From NCBI GenBank assembly GCA_964016885.1, contig OZ024742.1, positions 119,722,001 through 119,786,000 of the forward strand: DNA of 64,000 bases, read 5' to 3'. Made by a program: the position numbers and the translations under genes. The first letter of the stretch is position 1; every line of letters begins with the position of its first letter. The notes under the pieces were generated by a model that saw nothing but the letters and a program-made list of their open reading frames with translations, ran no database searches and was not told where the DNA came from. Below are positions 40,875 to 53,884 of the stretch, piece after piece. This DNA comes from Eledone cirrhosa (lineage: Eukaryota).

Positions 40875-41102
40875 TTAACCCTTTAGCATTTAAACCAGCT
40901 GTATCCAACCAGAATTCTCTCACCTCTTTCTGTTCAAACAGGCCTTATATGGCTGCTCATCCTTTTTTAAGGTATTGTTCTCAAAATAAATGATACCAAA
41001 ATCTCATGGATTCCATATTATGTGAGATAATTATGTGAGATAAAGCCTTTACCATAAAATTACAACAGTAAATATAGAGTAATGTAAATGCTAAAGGGTT
41101 AA
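40875..41102. mobile_element. piggyBac-type MITE (family 1)
   Basis: TTAA-ccctttagcattta...taaatgctaaaggg-TTAA. Confidence 0.88.
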
Positions 41103-41782
41103 ACTTCATCACTATCACCAACAGTTTATTTTCATCAGCATCATCACCTTTGTTGTATTTGTCATTGTTGTAATCATAGTCAGGTTTGTATTTATGCTTG
41201 TTGTTATCCCCATCATAGCTGTCATTGCCTTTGTGTTGTCATCACTTTTGCTGTGTTGTTTTCATTGCTAGTGCCATTCTGACTGCTAACATTATCATCT
41301 CAACACCTTCATTCTCTTCATCTTCCCCTGTCATCATTTTCGCCATTTTCACTTTCATCTTCTTAATCAGTTTCATCGTCTTCCCCATAACATCCATTTT
41401 TCTGTGCTGATATAGGTTGGACAGCATCTATCAATTCAGTTTAGTTTTGAAAAGAAATAATCCACAAGCATCTTCACATGTAGTAAAGATGTACTCAACT
41501 TTGAATGACAGCTTACATAATGTCAATTATAGAAACATAATCGGTAAACACAATTCTCACTGACATTGGTATGAATAATTCATTCTTGTTGAATACATTC
41601 AATTCAATACTATTTAATGTCATATTTTACACCAAAAATTCATGTTTTAATACAAATACAAATACAATGCAATAATAAAATTGTTCAATAAGTGTTACAT
41701 TGAAGCACAAACAGATATCTAAACATGTCAAGATATGTTAGAAATCACAAGCCAACAAGGGAATCTGTGTGGCTGCTTGCTA

Positions 41783-42080
41783 TCTATATATAAATTTAGG
41801 TGAATTCCGTCTGTCTGTCCTTCTGTCAAACACCAGCGATGACTGAGGAAGGAAGGGGTAATGATGTCACACAATAGATATGATTGAGGAAAGAAGGGAG
41901 GATGACGTCACACACTAGAGATGACTGAGGAAGGAAGGGGTGATGACGTCACGCACTAGAGATGACTGAGGAAGGAAGGGGTGATGATGTCACGCACTAG
42001 AGATGACTGAGAAACAAAGGGGAGATGACAGACCAAACAGCGTCTAACATTCACTATGCTTGTGTGTACAATCTGCACAT

Positions 42081-42111
<31 letters not shown>

Positions 42112-42141
42112 TAAGTGTCAGTGTGTTGAAAAAAATTCTAG
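41783..42141 (+). mobile_element. Non-autonomous Helitron-like element
   Basis: Starts TC, ends CTAG, lies between A and T with no TSD; removing it restores ggctgcttgcta|tattagaaatagc, a repeat seen intact near 21602-21632; carries internal 41-bp tandem repeats. Confidence 0.7.
41838..42030 (+). repeat. 41-bp minisatellite, about 4.7 copies
   Basis: Unit gatgactgaggaaggaaggggtgatgacgtcacgcactaga. Confidence 0.92.
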
Positions 42142-42220
42142 TATTAGAAATAGCAATCAAATCTTTCTCAAATGACATTCTGTCACCTTAAAAAGGAAGG
42201 ACATATTGCATAATTATAAT

Positions 42221-42403
42221 TGTTTCTACTTTTGGCACAAAGCCAGCAATTACCCAGTGCATTACTGGTACTTTATTTTATTGACCCCCGTAAGGATGAA
42301 AGGCAAAGTTAACCTCGGCAGGATTTGAACCCAAACTGTAAAGGGCCGTAACTCTATGCTACAAACATGTTGTTCGACGTTCTACCGATACTGCCAATCC
42401 ACT
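42221..42403 (-). mobile_element. tRNA-derived SINE (same family as 17071)
   Basis: Reverse-complement similarity along whole length. Confidence 0.8.
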
Positions 42404-42737
42404 ACATAATTGTAATGCTACATAGATAGAAAAATGGAATGGTCATTTCTAAAATTCCATTGATTACCAATCAAGTGTGACCTTGATCTAACAACATAGC
42501 ACTGTTTAACTATATGACAATCCTAAAGAAAAAATTACTTCTAAATGTATATATAACATTTATTAGCTAACAGCTACATAAACAATCTTTACTTGGAACA
42601 AGTAGCTACTATCTGAAATGATTTTATTCTTCTTAAACTGTGGCCATGGAATATTTCTTCCAGTGAAAGTTGTTTACACTTTTCACCACCCTCTAAAGTC
42701 CTTTCCAGTTTGATTTAGAGCTATTGTTATTTTACAC

Positions 42738-42960
42738 TGTGGTGGATTGGCAGTATCAGTAGAGCATCGGACAGTGTGCTTTGTGGCATAGAGTTATGGT
42801 CCTTTGCATTTTGTGTTCAAATCCCACCGAGGTTAGCTTTGCTTCTCATCCTTAAGGGTCGATGAAATAAAATACCACTGAAATAAAATACCCACTGGGG
42901 TCTATTTAATCGAGCCCCCTTCCCCCGCAAAATTGCTGGCCTTAGGCCTAAAGCAGAATG
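42738..42960 (+). mobile_element. tRNA-derived SINE (same family as 17071)
   Basis: ggtggattggcagtatcagtagagc...gttcaaatccc. Confidence 0.8.
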
Positions 42961-43329
42961 TAATAGAGTAAAAGTGTACAATAAGGTGATCTGTATATAT
43001 CCATGTGCCTGGCCATTTTCACTTTCATCTTCTTAATCAGTTTCATCATCTTCCCCATAACATCCATTTTTCTGTGCTGATATAGTTTGGACAGCAATTC
43101 AGTTTAGTTTTGAAAAGAAATAATCCACAAGCATCTTCACATGTAGTAAAGATGTACTCAACTTTGTACATTTTGTGCAACTTTGTACAGATTTTGGAAC
43201 TTGCTTGGGCTTCAGGACATTGAGTGGATACTCTTTTGCAAGGAACTAATTAAGAGGGTGCACTATTGAAAAGCAGTGGGGTGGGGCAGGGCGTCAGTGT
43301 CACCCAGTATGCCCTCCCCTTGCCATCAG

Positions 43330-43790
43330 GCCTATCATGTGAACTTGTTGAAGGGTATTTAAGAAAGTGGTTTGCTTTTCTTATCATCTTAAAACAATAT
43401 AAATGCTGTTTATCTTTCATCAGTTGGGCATCTGTATTGTAGCATCATGAAAGATACTCAATGATGTGAACACAAAGTAATTACAGATCATTTTTATATC
43501 ATTTATATTTATGTGAATTGGAAAGTATGTTAAACCATACTACCTCATGTTTGTTGTCCATGATAGACTCCATAATTCTAATATCTGCATTTTCCTCTAA
43601 TCTGATTCATCATTGTTCAGACCAAACACTGTGGTATCATCCACAACCTTTATGATCCTAATGGGATTATTTACGATGCAGTTACAGATGATAAGTTCAG
43701 CATAAGGGGCTTGGCACACATCCCTGTAGTACACTAGGTACCAGGTTAATAGAAGAAAATGTGTTAGTGTCTGTAAACATAGAATTTAGT
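43330..43790 (-). mobile_element. Highly degenerate non-LTR RT fragment
   Basis: Reverse strand reads QGCVPSPL near 43700-43730. Confidence 0.45.
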
Positions 43791-44236
43791 TTGAAAAATT
43801 CTATATTTACATATTGTTTTTATACAGAACATAACAGCATTATTCCAATATTCAAATATCAGCTCATAACTGCAGTGCACTGTTAAATATTATATATTTG
43901 TATGCAAATGATGAGTTCATTTAATATTTTAAATAATTTTTTCTTTTATTATTTGATGTTTATTCACTTTTTGTTTTTGTATATATTTCATAGTCATTTT
44001 CTTTTGATGGAATTGGAGGGAATTTATTATGCATTGCTTTCAATAAAGTTTCAATTTTTTTTCAAATAGAATATTTATTTTCATCCTTTATAACCATTTA
44101 ATTTGTTTGTTTTAATTTATTAGTTCTGAAATGTTACTTGTAATTACCTTATTTTTTCTCATTTAGAAGATAAATATGTTGGTTTATGAAATCTGAATTT
44201 TAGAATATTGAGCCATAATTGTTAACTAATTCCTTG

Positions 44237-44278
<42 letters not shown>

Positions 44279-44409
44279 ATAATAGTATTGGTGCTCTGAA
44301 ATAGCGATGTATACATGAATGTATGTATAGTATATTTGGCAATATACTGTATGTTTAATTAAACAGTATATTGCCAAATATACTATACATACATTCATAT
44401 ATATATATA

Positions 44410-47317
44410 GACTCCTGGAATTCTGTAACCTAACTATCTGTAACACAAACTTCAAAAAATGAGAAAACCACTTGATCACCTATAGATCAGGGGAACATGC
44501 CAGTCAGATAGATTATATCCTTACTAGAAGATGTGACAAAGTGTCTGTTGTAAACATTAAATCCCTCCCCTGTGAAGAAGGCACCTCTCAACATAGGCTA
44601 GTAGTTAGTGACCTCATAGTCAGGAATAGATGTACTCGACGACAAAGGAGGCCTACCTTGAGGAGGAGAATATGGAAGTTGAAGGACCCCATAGCCAGTG
44701 ACAAATTTAAAAGCTTATTACTTGATGCCTTTGACAATAAGGAAGAGCAATTAGAGACGTGCAATATAGAGGAACAGTGGGAATTCTTGAAAGTGAACCT
44801 GCTGAAAGCAACGGATGAAATCTGTGGCTGGAGCAGACCTATTGGCAGGAGGAGGGTAACTTGGTGGTGGAACAGTAAGGTGGAGGAGACAATCAAGGCC
44901 AAAAAGCAGGCTTGGAAAGTATGGAAGGATGGGGGAAGTAGAGAGAACTATCAAGTGGCCAAGAGAGAAGGTAGGAGACAAGTGTACCTTGCAAAAAGTG
45001 AAGCAGAGGATAGAAAGTTCAAGCATGTTCTACAACATGAGGACCAAAAACGTGGGGTGTTCAGGATTGCTAGACAATGTGCCAAGGAAAACCGTGATAT
45101 TGTCGGGGAGAAGTGTATATGTAATGATAACAGTGTACTTGCAATCACTGATACTGATAAGAAGATAGCCTGGAAGTGTCACTACGAGAGACTATTAAAT
45201 GAGGAGAATAAATGGGAAAAAGATAGTCTGCCCCAAATCGATCCAGTAGAATGACCAGCGGTGCAAGTTAAAGGTAGTATAATAAGTAAGGCAATCAAAG
45301 ATATGAAGACAGGTAAGGTAGCTGGGCCTTCGGAGGTGGTTCCTAAGATGTTGAAGGCATCTGAAATGGTAGGACATACTATGGTCACCTGTATAGTTAA
45401 CCAAGTAATACAGAATGGGGTCATACCAAAAGACTGGCGTAGCAGCAGCCTCATTAACTGTTACAAGGGTAAAGGGATGCTCTAGATAGGGGATACTATA
45501 GAAGCATTAAGTTAGTTGACCAGGTCATGAAGGTCACAGAAAGAGTTATAGCGCAACTAATCAGAGAGCGAATTGATCTAGATGAAATGCAGTTTGGGTT
45601 TGTGTCAGGTAAAAGTACTACAGACGCTCTTTTCCTTGTACGACAACTACAGGAGAAGTACCTAGCTAAAAGTAAACCCCTCTACTTAGCTTTTGTAGAC
45701 CTGGAGAAAGCCTTTGACAGAGTACCCCACTCCATTATCTGGTGGGCTCTTAGAAAACTAGGTGTAGATGAATGGCTTGTGAGAGCTATGCAAGCTATGT
45801 ATAAAGAAACAGTCAGTAAGGTTAGAATTAACAATGGATATTGTTAAGAATTTAGTGTAAAAGTTGGTGTTCATCAAGGCATGGTCCTTAGCCCCCTCCT
45901 ATTTATTATTGCCCTTCAGGCTATAACAGAGGAGCTCAAGACTGGCTTCCCCTGGGAACTCCTATATGCTGATGATCTAACGCTCATAGCTGAATCTATG
46001 GCTGAACTAGAGAAGAAATTTGAAACATGGAAGCATGGCCTAGAATCAAAAGGCCTTAAAGTTAACTTGTCTAAGACTAAAATTCTAGTTTGTAGAAAGG
46101 AAAATAGGGCACAGGTGCCCTCAGGGAAATGGCCATGCTCAGTATGTAGAAAAGGAGTAGGCAGAAATTCCATTTTATGTCCCAAATGCAAATTATAGGT
46201 ACATAAAAGATGTAGTGGGATCACAGGTAAACTATCTAAGAACATAGACTCTATATGTGGCCGATGCTCAGATGCAATAAGTAGCAAGTGCCTACAGGAT
46301 ACTAGCTCCTTCTATTGCCCAGATGGTTCTATAGAAATAGTGGACACTTTCCATTACCTGGGTGACGAAATCAGCAGTGGTGGAAGGTGTTCAGAATGGG
46401 ATGGAAAAAGTTCAGAGAGCTTATACCGCTGTTGGCCACAAAAGGTTTCTCTCTAAAAATGAAAGGCAGATTGTATGATCCCTGTATACGAACAGCAATG
46501 CTCATGGCAGTGAGACATAGGCATTGCGTGCAGAGGACCTGCGCAGACTGGAAAAGAATGAAGCATGCATGCTCCGCTGGATGTGTAATAATATTATACA
46601 TGAACGGCAAAGCATAAATGAACTAAGTGAGAAATTAGGAATAAGAGGGATCAGATGCTGTTTACTTGAGAGAAGACTACGTTGGTATGGTCACGTGATG
46701 CGCATGAAGGACGACAGCTGTATAAAAAAGTGCAGGGCGATCAAAATTGATGGAAGTTACGAAGTAGGTAGACCCAGAAAAACCTGGGATTTGATAAATT
46801 CCGACCTTACACACTTGCACCTCTCAATGTCACTGGCCCTCAATGTCACTGGACCGAGATCTTTGGCGCTACACAATAATACAGAAGACTCACCTTACCT
46901 ATATACAAAGTGAAACCCACAGTCAGTAGGCACCTCTTAACCAAATATACACCCCAATCCACTACCCCTACCCTATCCTCCCACTCCCACCAACACCACC
47001 CCCTCTCTGTAAAGTTGGTACCACAACATCCAGTTCAAATAAATGAGATGATCAAGATTGTGTAGGTGTCACGACAAAAAAACACACAGTCCACGCTGTA
47101 ATGTAGCCGTGTAGGTAAAACGGTAAAAAGTTCCGCCAATGTGGTTGGTGTTGGGAAGGGCATCCAGCTGTAGAAAACCTGCCAGATAGTCCTATATGAG
47201 CGAGACACGGTCACCCGACCAACCTTGCCTCAAGTGGGACAACTCCCGTCTAACCCATGCTAGCGTGGAAGATGGACGTTAAACGAAGAGGATGAAGATG
47301 ATGATGATGATGATGAT
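44410..47317 (+). mobile_element. Longest RTE LINE copy (family A): end of APE endonuclease, RT, PHD-like finger, C-terminus, 3' UTR; inactivated
   Basis: SQIDYIL, SQHRLVV, QFGF, FVDLEKAFD, LSPLLF, LYADDL, CSVC..CPKC, GRPRKTW; stops and frameshifts; (GAT)n tail. Confidence 0.95.
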
Positions 47318-47391
47318 ATATATATATGAGTGTACTATAGGTTTGGTAGAAATATTCCAGTGTAAGAGCACTCAGTCCATAGGATAAGTTA

Positions 47392-47449
47392 AGTTACAAC
47401 AGTGACATATACAGGTACTTTAGTACTTGTATATATCACTGTTGTAACT
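47392..47449. repeat. 58-nt hairpin/palindrome
   Basis: agttacaacagtgacatatacaggtact-tt-agtacttgtatatatcactgttgtaact, 28-bp stem with two non-Watson-Crick positions. Confidence 0.85.
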
Positions 47450-47750
47450 AATTATATATATATATAAGCCCACTGAATGGAAAAAGATGTTAATTTTTTC
47501 TGTTCAGTGAGCTTATGCACCCCTTCTTCTTGTTCTTCTTCTGCGTGTTCTCCTTGTTGTTGTTGGTGTTGTTGTTCTTCTTCTCCTCCTTCTTCTTTTT
47601 CTTCTTCTCCTTCTCCTTCTCCTTCTTCCAGCTCACCCTGTCAAGTTCCTGAAAAACATATGTAGCAAATAAATTGCTCCACAGTTCACCTAAGTCAGTT
47701 ATGTCGAGATCTAATTCGATCTTAAAATTCTGCTCACCATTTTTATTTAT

Positions 47751-47818
<68 letters not shown>

Positions 47819-47859
47819 CTGTTGTCCACTGTAGTCTCCTTATACGAAACACAGTATTA

Positions 47860-48388
47860 GGAAAATTGAAGTACCTCAAAGGTCAATCACAAAAAAGATA
47901 GACGGCATGACATGCCTTGACTATTGGGGTCGACTAGAAAAGCTCAAACTCTACTCTCTCTAATACTGCCATGAGCCCTACATTATCTGCATGATGTGGA
48001 AAAATTCCATCAGCATTGCCCAAATGATGTTGGCATCATCTTTAATGTACACCTAAGGCTTGGGCCCTATTCTGTTTGCCCACAACAAAAATCAAACTCA
48101 CATCACATAACTACATTATGGCACACTTCAACTGGTCCTGCTCTCTTTAACATTACACCAAAATACATTAAAACAGAAACAGATCCCATAAAATTCAAAT
48201 GGTCTATGGAAAAATTCCTCGAAGAAATCCTGGATAAATCTCCTACACTCGCATATGTCTCCATAAACAATAACTCTCTACTTGAATGGGCTATAGTGTC
48301 CAAATTCCGATTTGAAAGATTTCATCACGTGGTACTATTAGGTTAGATACGACCTGGACCAATACTGGCCAAAACCTATCAAAGTTAT
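47860..48388 (+). mobile_element. CR1-group LINE 3' fragment
   Basis: Reads IDGMTCLDYWGRLEKLKLYSL...YIICMMWK; tail shared with 13231 and 55901 copies. Confidence 0.75.
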
Positions 48389-51124
48389 ATATATATATAT
48401 AAATCACATATGTTTAGAAAATGTGATCAGACCAAACAAACTTGGCACAAAGAGCAGAAATGGCTCTTTGTTTAAATTACATAACAAATGCCTCACAATC
48501 CTATTCTATGTTTTTTTAATTTTCTTTTAGCTTATAATTGTAGGACCTAAAATTCTGTCAGGGGAAATACATGGTCTTTGGTTCCTTTAATAAGTCCTGT
48601 TATACCAACAAGCTTTTAGAATAGTCTTCCAGTGAAAAAATTCATGGTTCTTGAAATGTACTAATTAAGAAGAAAAAAAATCTAGCTTTAAGTATGTGAT
48701 TTAATGAAAGCATTTATGTAGGTAAATTAGTTGAAGTAATTTAAAACATTTTTCTTTTATTTATATAAAAATGAGAAAACTCATTGCTAGAACACTTGTT
48801 GACCACTTGCCACTGGTCTCTGTCCTCTGAGGTATTTTTGCCCATCACTGTCTTTTACACCATTTAGCTGTTTTAACGGCTGTTCTAATGATGAGTATTC
48901 TCATTTTTATATGTATTCAAATACACTTTCGCTTCATCTCGATCAGAGACAATATTGTTTTAATTTTTCTTTTTATAAATTTCTTTTTAAAAAGACATCT
49001 ATAAACTATAACTGTTCTATGCTGGGGATACACACACACACAACTTTCTTTAAACTATGCCTGAAGATACATTTCTATATCTATGAACTTTGTGGGTATC
49101 TATACTAAAATATCGTTTTTCCTTTTCAAAGTATTGAACTCTTTCTTGCTTCAGATGGAAGAGGTTATTTATAATACATTTCTCCCAAAATATGTTTTAG
49201 AGATTGTATTTTTTCCCAAATTGTTTCTGTATCATCTTTATTAGAGTAATTTATTTTAAAGCTTTCTTTCGAAAACAGCAACATCAATCAAATCAGTATT
49301 TGCTTTTTATTTATTACAATATTGTCTAGATTTGATTATTTAATTGTTGTGTATACAAAACTGATCTAATCTGGTGTAATGTCAGGTAACTGAAAGACTC
49401 AAAGATTTTTACACAACTTTATGGGAAACAAACTAAATACAACGCTAGAATATTGTCAATTTAACTTATATAAGATGTTCCTTTTCATGAGTTCGATAAA
49501 ACAACCAATATTCAATTACATTTCTTTGTACTTGCTGAACTAAAATCATTGCCTTGTCATAGTTTAATATCAAATCAATACATCTATAATAATTTTAATG
49601 TGTATTTTCTCTTACCCTGTATAATAAACAATATTCTTTGTCTCAACCATAGAATCCTTCAATATAAAATATTTTAACTCAATTTATTTAAAATTATTGA
49701 CTTTCCTGTTTCAATAGATATCTCCATATCCATGGAGCTAATCTTAATTCAGTTACTCCTCCCAACTCTACTTTACAACACAGCACATCATTTTTATCCG
49801 ATTCTATTCTAGACACGATAGAAACAGTAACTTTATTACACCAAATATACTTGAGCTGATTCTCTATATTGTCTGTCCCTTTATCATAAAAAATATCTAT
49901 TTCCTGTCAGAATAGGTAAAAGTTCTTTGAACTTCTCAACTATGAACTGTAGACACTCTACTTCACTTAGTATTGATTATGTCTATTATTTTTGTATTCA
50001 TATTCGAGTTTTACTTTCCATTGATGTTCATTGGCAATATTGCTTATGAATGAAGTGTGAGTTGTTAGTCTCAAATTTTACTTTTTTATATGCTATTATA
50101 GAGAAAATAACAGCAATGAAATAACATCTAAGATATTTTTGATATTTGTTTGGAAATGTAAAATAGATTATATTTGATTAATGCAGTGTTTGTATGATGA
50201 AATATGAAACCAAACTAAAATCCAGTATGAATAATTTACCAGATTTTAAATGGAACAGTAATAAATGACTAGACAATCAGTTTTAGGTGTCAGTCACAAT
50301 GGAGAAAACTGAGAATGTTTTTAATGGGTGTATTTAATTGAAATGTTGTTGCTGCATGGGTAGTGAGTCAAATATAAAATAGATGGATAGTGTGCAAAAT
50401 AGCAGCTGTTGGTGTGATGTGCAGTATGTTAAACCATGCAGTTTAATTTGATTAGTAATGAGGCAGGTGATTATGATATGTACAATTTTCAGTTGATCTT
50501 TTATCTCTTACCTCCAGTTGCTATCCAGTTACCTTAGCTATTTAGTCTCTATAATATTTTCTGATACAATGACGAATTGTTGTTTTTCTCAAGGTTAACC
50601 TAATTCAACAGACCTATGATCAAAAGTGTTTTTGCCATGACCATCTATTTTCTTTTTTCAGCAATGTAGTACTCAGAACTACAGTACTCAATGTGTTCTA
50701 TCTTTTTAAAGATTATATGATGTAATTCCAAGGAAATTTGGTTGCTAATTCTAACAAGTCAAGTGATAGATATGTAAAAAGTAATAGATGTTTGAAACTA
50801 AAATCTATATTTTGTGGATTATTTTCTTGGTTAATTCTTAAATATGAATTACATTTTGTTATGTCAATTTAAAGTATATAAACCCATAAAGCATCAAGTA
50901 TACAGGATTAATATGAATGTTTCATAACATTATACACCACCCCTTAAAGAGAGAGAATTTTAGAACATAGAGACTTTTTTTTTTTGAAGAACAGGGCCCT
51001 AACGAAAATATTTTGTGATACCCCTAGATGGGAAATCAAGGAAAAATTTAAGTTTAGTTTTATTATTGAAACAATTTGTGAAGCTCGTGCTAAAATGACA
51101 AGACTATTGTTATACACTAATACA

Positions 51125-51352
51125 AATGTATTCTCTCTCTCTGGCACTCCGTCAGTTACGACAACGAATGTTCCACTTGATCCGATCAACTGGAACAGCC
51201 TGCTCATGAAATTAACATGCAAGTGGCTGAGTATTCCCCAGACATGCATACTCTTAATGTAGTTCTCTGGGAGATTCAGCATGACATCAAACATGACAAG
51301 GCTGGCCCTTTGAATTAATGATACAACTCATTTTTGCCAGCTGAGTGGATTA
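51125..51352 (-). mobile_element. SINE fragment
   Basis: Ends in ctcatttttgccagctgagtgga, the reverse complement of the SINE body seen at about 28508-28535. Confidence 0.55.
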
Positions 51353-51477
51353 TTGTGAGCTGAATACCTTAAAAACACAGCCACATGCCTTTTACATACA
51401 AATGTATTAATTACCTCAAATACTTATGCTTAGAGATGCATCAATAAGCAAATTGGCCAATTACCAATTAATCAGCC

Positions 51478-51607
51478 TGGTATTTTATTTTATCGACCCT
51501 ATAAGGATGAAAGACAAAGCTAAAATTGGCAGGATTTGAATTCAGAATCTAAAGGGCCTATCAAAGCATATTGTCTGACACTTTACTTATACTGCCAATC
51601 CCCCACC
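51478..51607 (-). mobile_element. Degenerate SINE (17071 family)
   Basis: ttttatcgaccc...aggatgaaag...ggatttgaa...ctgccaatc. Confidence 0.7.
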
Positions 51608-52108
51608 TTTTGCCTATTAATAGCAATTATCAAAACTGATTAATCAGCAAAAATAAATAAAATGAAAAAGCTGATACTGATTAATCAACAAAATGGCCAA
51701 TATGGCTGATATTGATCTACTGATTATCTGCAGATTAATTGGTGCAGCCCTGCTCATGATTATATTTAATTGTCAGGTCAGGTCATAAAAATCCATATAG
51801 CTAATGTATCTAAGAAAGAATATTACCTACAACAATTCTATTATTTTCCTTGTGATAATATATTTTCTTAGATACATATCAATTACAGATCATTACAAAA
51901 ACATTAATTGTTGGGGAAAATATTATTTGTCAAAGAGGTTACCTGTAGAAATTGAAAACCAGTTTCTTCTGACCAACTTAAATAGATTCAATTAAGAAAC
52001 ACCCAAATTTCAACATGAAAATAGAAATAAATAGGATGTTTCACAAATTCTGTATAAGTATGTATATTTATATAATAATAGTCAACCTTCTTTGTTTCTG
52101 AATTCTAG

Positions 52109-52283
52109 TACAGTGAAATTCTGTTATAATGAAATTCACTAGGTATAAAAAAATTTTGTTGTAATGAAAAATTCTTTATAACAAGATTAACCAAAACAAA
52201 TTGAGCATTGTGTTGTTATTATCTCGGGAATTGAAAAAAATTTGTTATACTGAAAAATTCGTTATAACGGAATTTGACCTATA
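52109..52283. mobile_element. Tc1/pogo-type MITE
   Basis: TA-cagtgaaattctgttataa ... ttataacggaatttgac..-TA imperfect TIRs. Confidence 0.6.
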
Positions 52284-52755
52284 TTCTAAAAGTTATCTAA
52301 TAAAACTTGCATAAAATACAGTTAATTTATATATATACTTGAAATTAACTCACTTTAAGAAAGTTTTATTAGTGTTAATTATTCTAGCATTTAAAATAGC
52401 AGTGCGATATTGCTAAATGCCTTAAAGCAATGAGTCATCTATTTGTATATCGATAATTTACAGATGAATGATTTCATAAATAGCCACTTTATAGTTTTAT
52501 AGTTTAAATACTATTTCATATTTTCTCAACTTGGCATCAATTGGTTCAATTGGCCCAAAGCTAATCCATTCATCCACATATAAATGCAAGACTTGCATAT
52601 TTTACTTTGGAAAATATTATTTGGGGATTTTGTTTTCATATTTGCTATTTTCAAGTTAATATGAATATATCCAAATATGGTGTATGTCACAATTTTGATT
52701 TTTTCATTTTCTGTGATAAATTAATGGATTTTCATTTTCTGTTTTATATTTACAG

Positions 52756-52887
52756 ATATAGACATACTCAATGGATTAGGATGGTCAGCACAACTTGATA
52801 AAGTTTTTGAAGAGAATTACAGAAAAAATAATAAGTTGCTGTGGCAGTATTTTGGAAGCCAAAGTGGCTTTATGAGAATGTATCCTG
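52756..52887 (+). CDS. CACNA2D: Calcium channel alpha-2/delta subunit, exon A (132 bp, phase 1-1)
   Basis: tttacag acceptor, gtaaat donor; translates (D)IDILNGLGWSAQLDKVFEENYRKNNKLLWQYFGSQSGFMRMYP, matching the alpha-2/delta motif LN.L.W...LD.VF..N......L.WQ.FGS..G..R.YP. Confidence 0.95.
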
Positions 52888-53884
52888 GTAAATTATATTT
52901 TTGTTTTAAATTCTAAAATTCTAATATATTCATATCATTAAATAAAAGATAAATCCCATAGAATGGAAAGAACTGCTTTGTTTCGTGCCATATTGGTTTC
53001 ATTTGTAAATATTTCTTTCCACTTGTGAATAAGAGGGCAAAAAGCTGACAGAAAAACAGAGCACTAGTTTCTTCACCATGTTTCACATTTTGAACTCAAA
53101 TATTACTGGAAATCTGTTTTGGCTTTCATCCCACAAAACCAGTGATGCATTGGGGTTGATTCAGTTAATTATATTTCTGAATTTAGAAAAAAACAAAACA
53201 AAATAGGATTTCTGATTTTCTGATGTCATCTAATATCACATATTCATTTCACAAAATTTAAAGCATGTTTGTCATATCATTTGAGAAAAGCAAAAAAAAA
53301 AATAAATACAAAATTTATTTTGAAAAACTTTGAATACAAAACTCATAACATTGATTCACATGAAAATATTGTTAATCCAGTTAGATATATGGTGTGTTTA
53401 TAAATAAACATTTTGAAAGCTTCAGCTATGAATTTGGAAACTGATGATGTAGCACCATCTGGCAGATTCCAGCAGAAACAAAGGGTGGGTAACTGTCAAT
53501 GATGTCGTTTCTGACTCTGGTCATTATTAACACAGTGCTCTCTTACCATGCTCTCTTCTGGAACTCAATATAGGCAAAAACATATAGTTTTGATACCTAT
53601 GTAGATAGGCTGATTATCCTCATTTTCATATAGAGCTATTGGCTGGCTCGGCTGAAAAATAACATTAAGGAGTTCGCTCTTACATAGCTTAAAGCTATAA
53701 GTATGTTTATTTATAAACATACCATATATCACTAGATATACAAAATATTCATACTTTAACAGATTAGATGAGTTGTCCTCTTGCCTCTTGGGAGCAATAC
53801 TAGGTCAGGTGATCATGTCTTTGCTTATAACAGAATTGATTTTGGCTTGGTTTCTACAGCTGGATGCCCATCCTAATGACTGGG

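Noticed and set aside
41838-42030. CRISPR-like array or tandem hammerheads (CTGAGGA in each unit)
   Set aside because: No unique spacers, eukaryotic context, and no stem II/GAAA; a plain minisatellite
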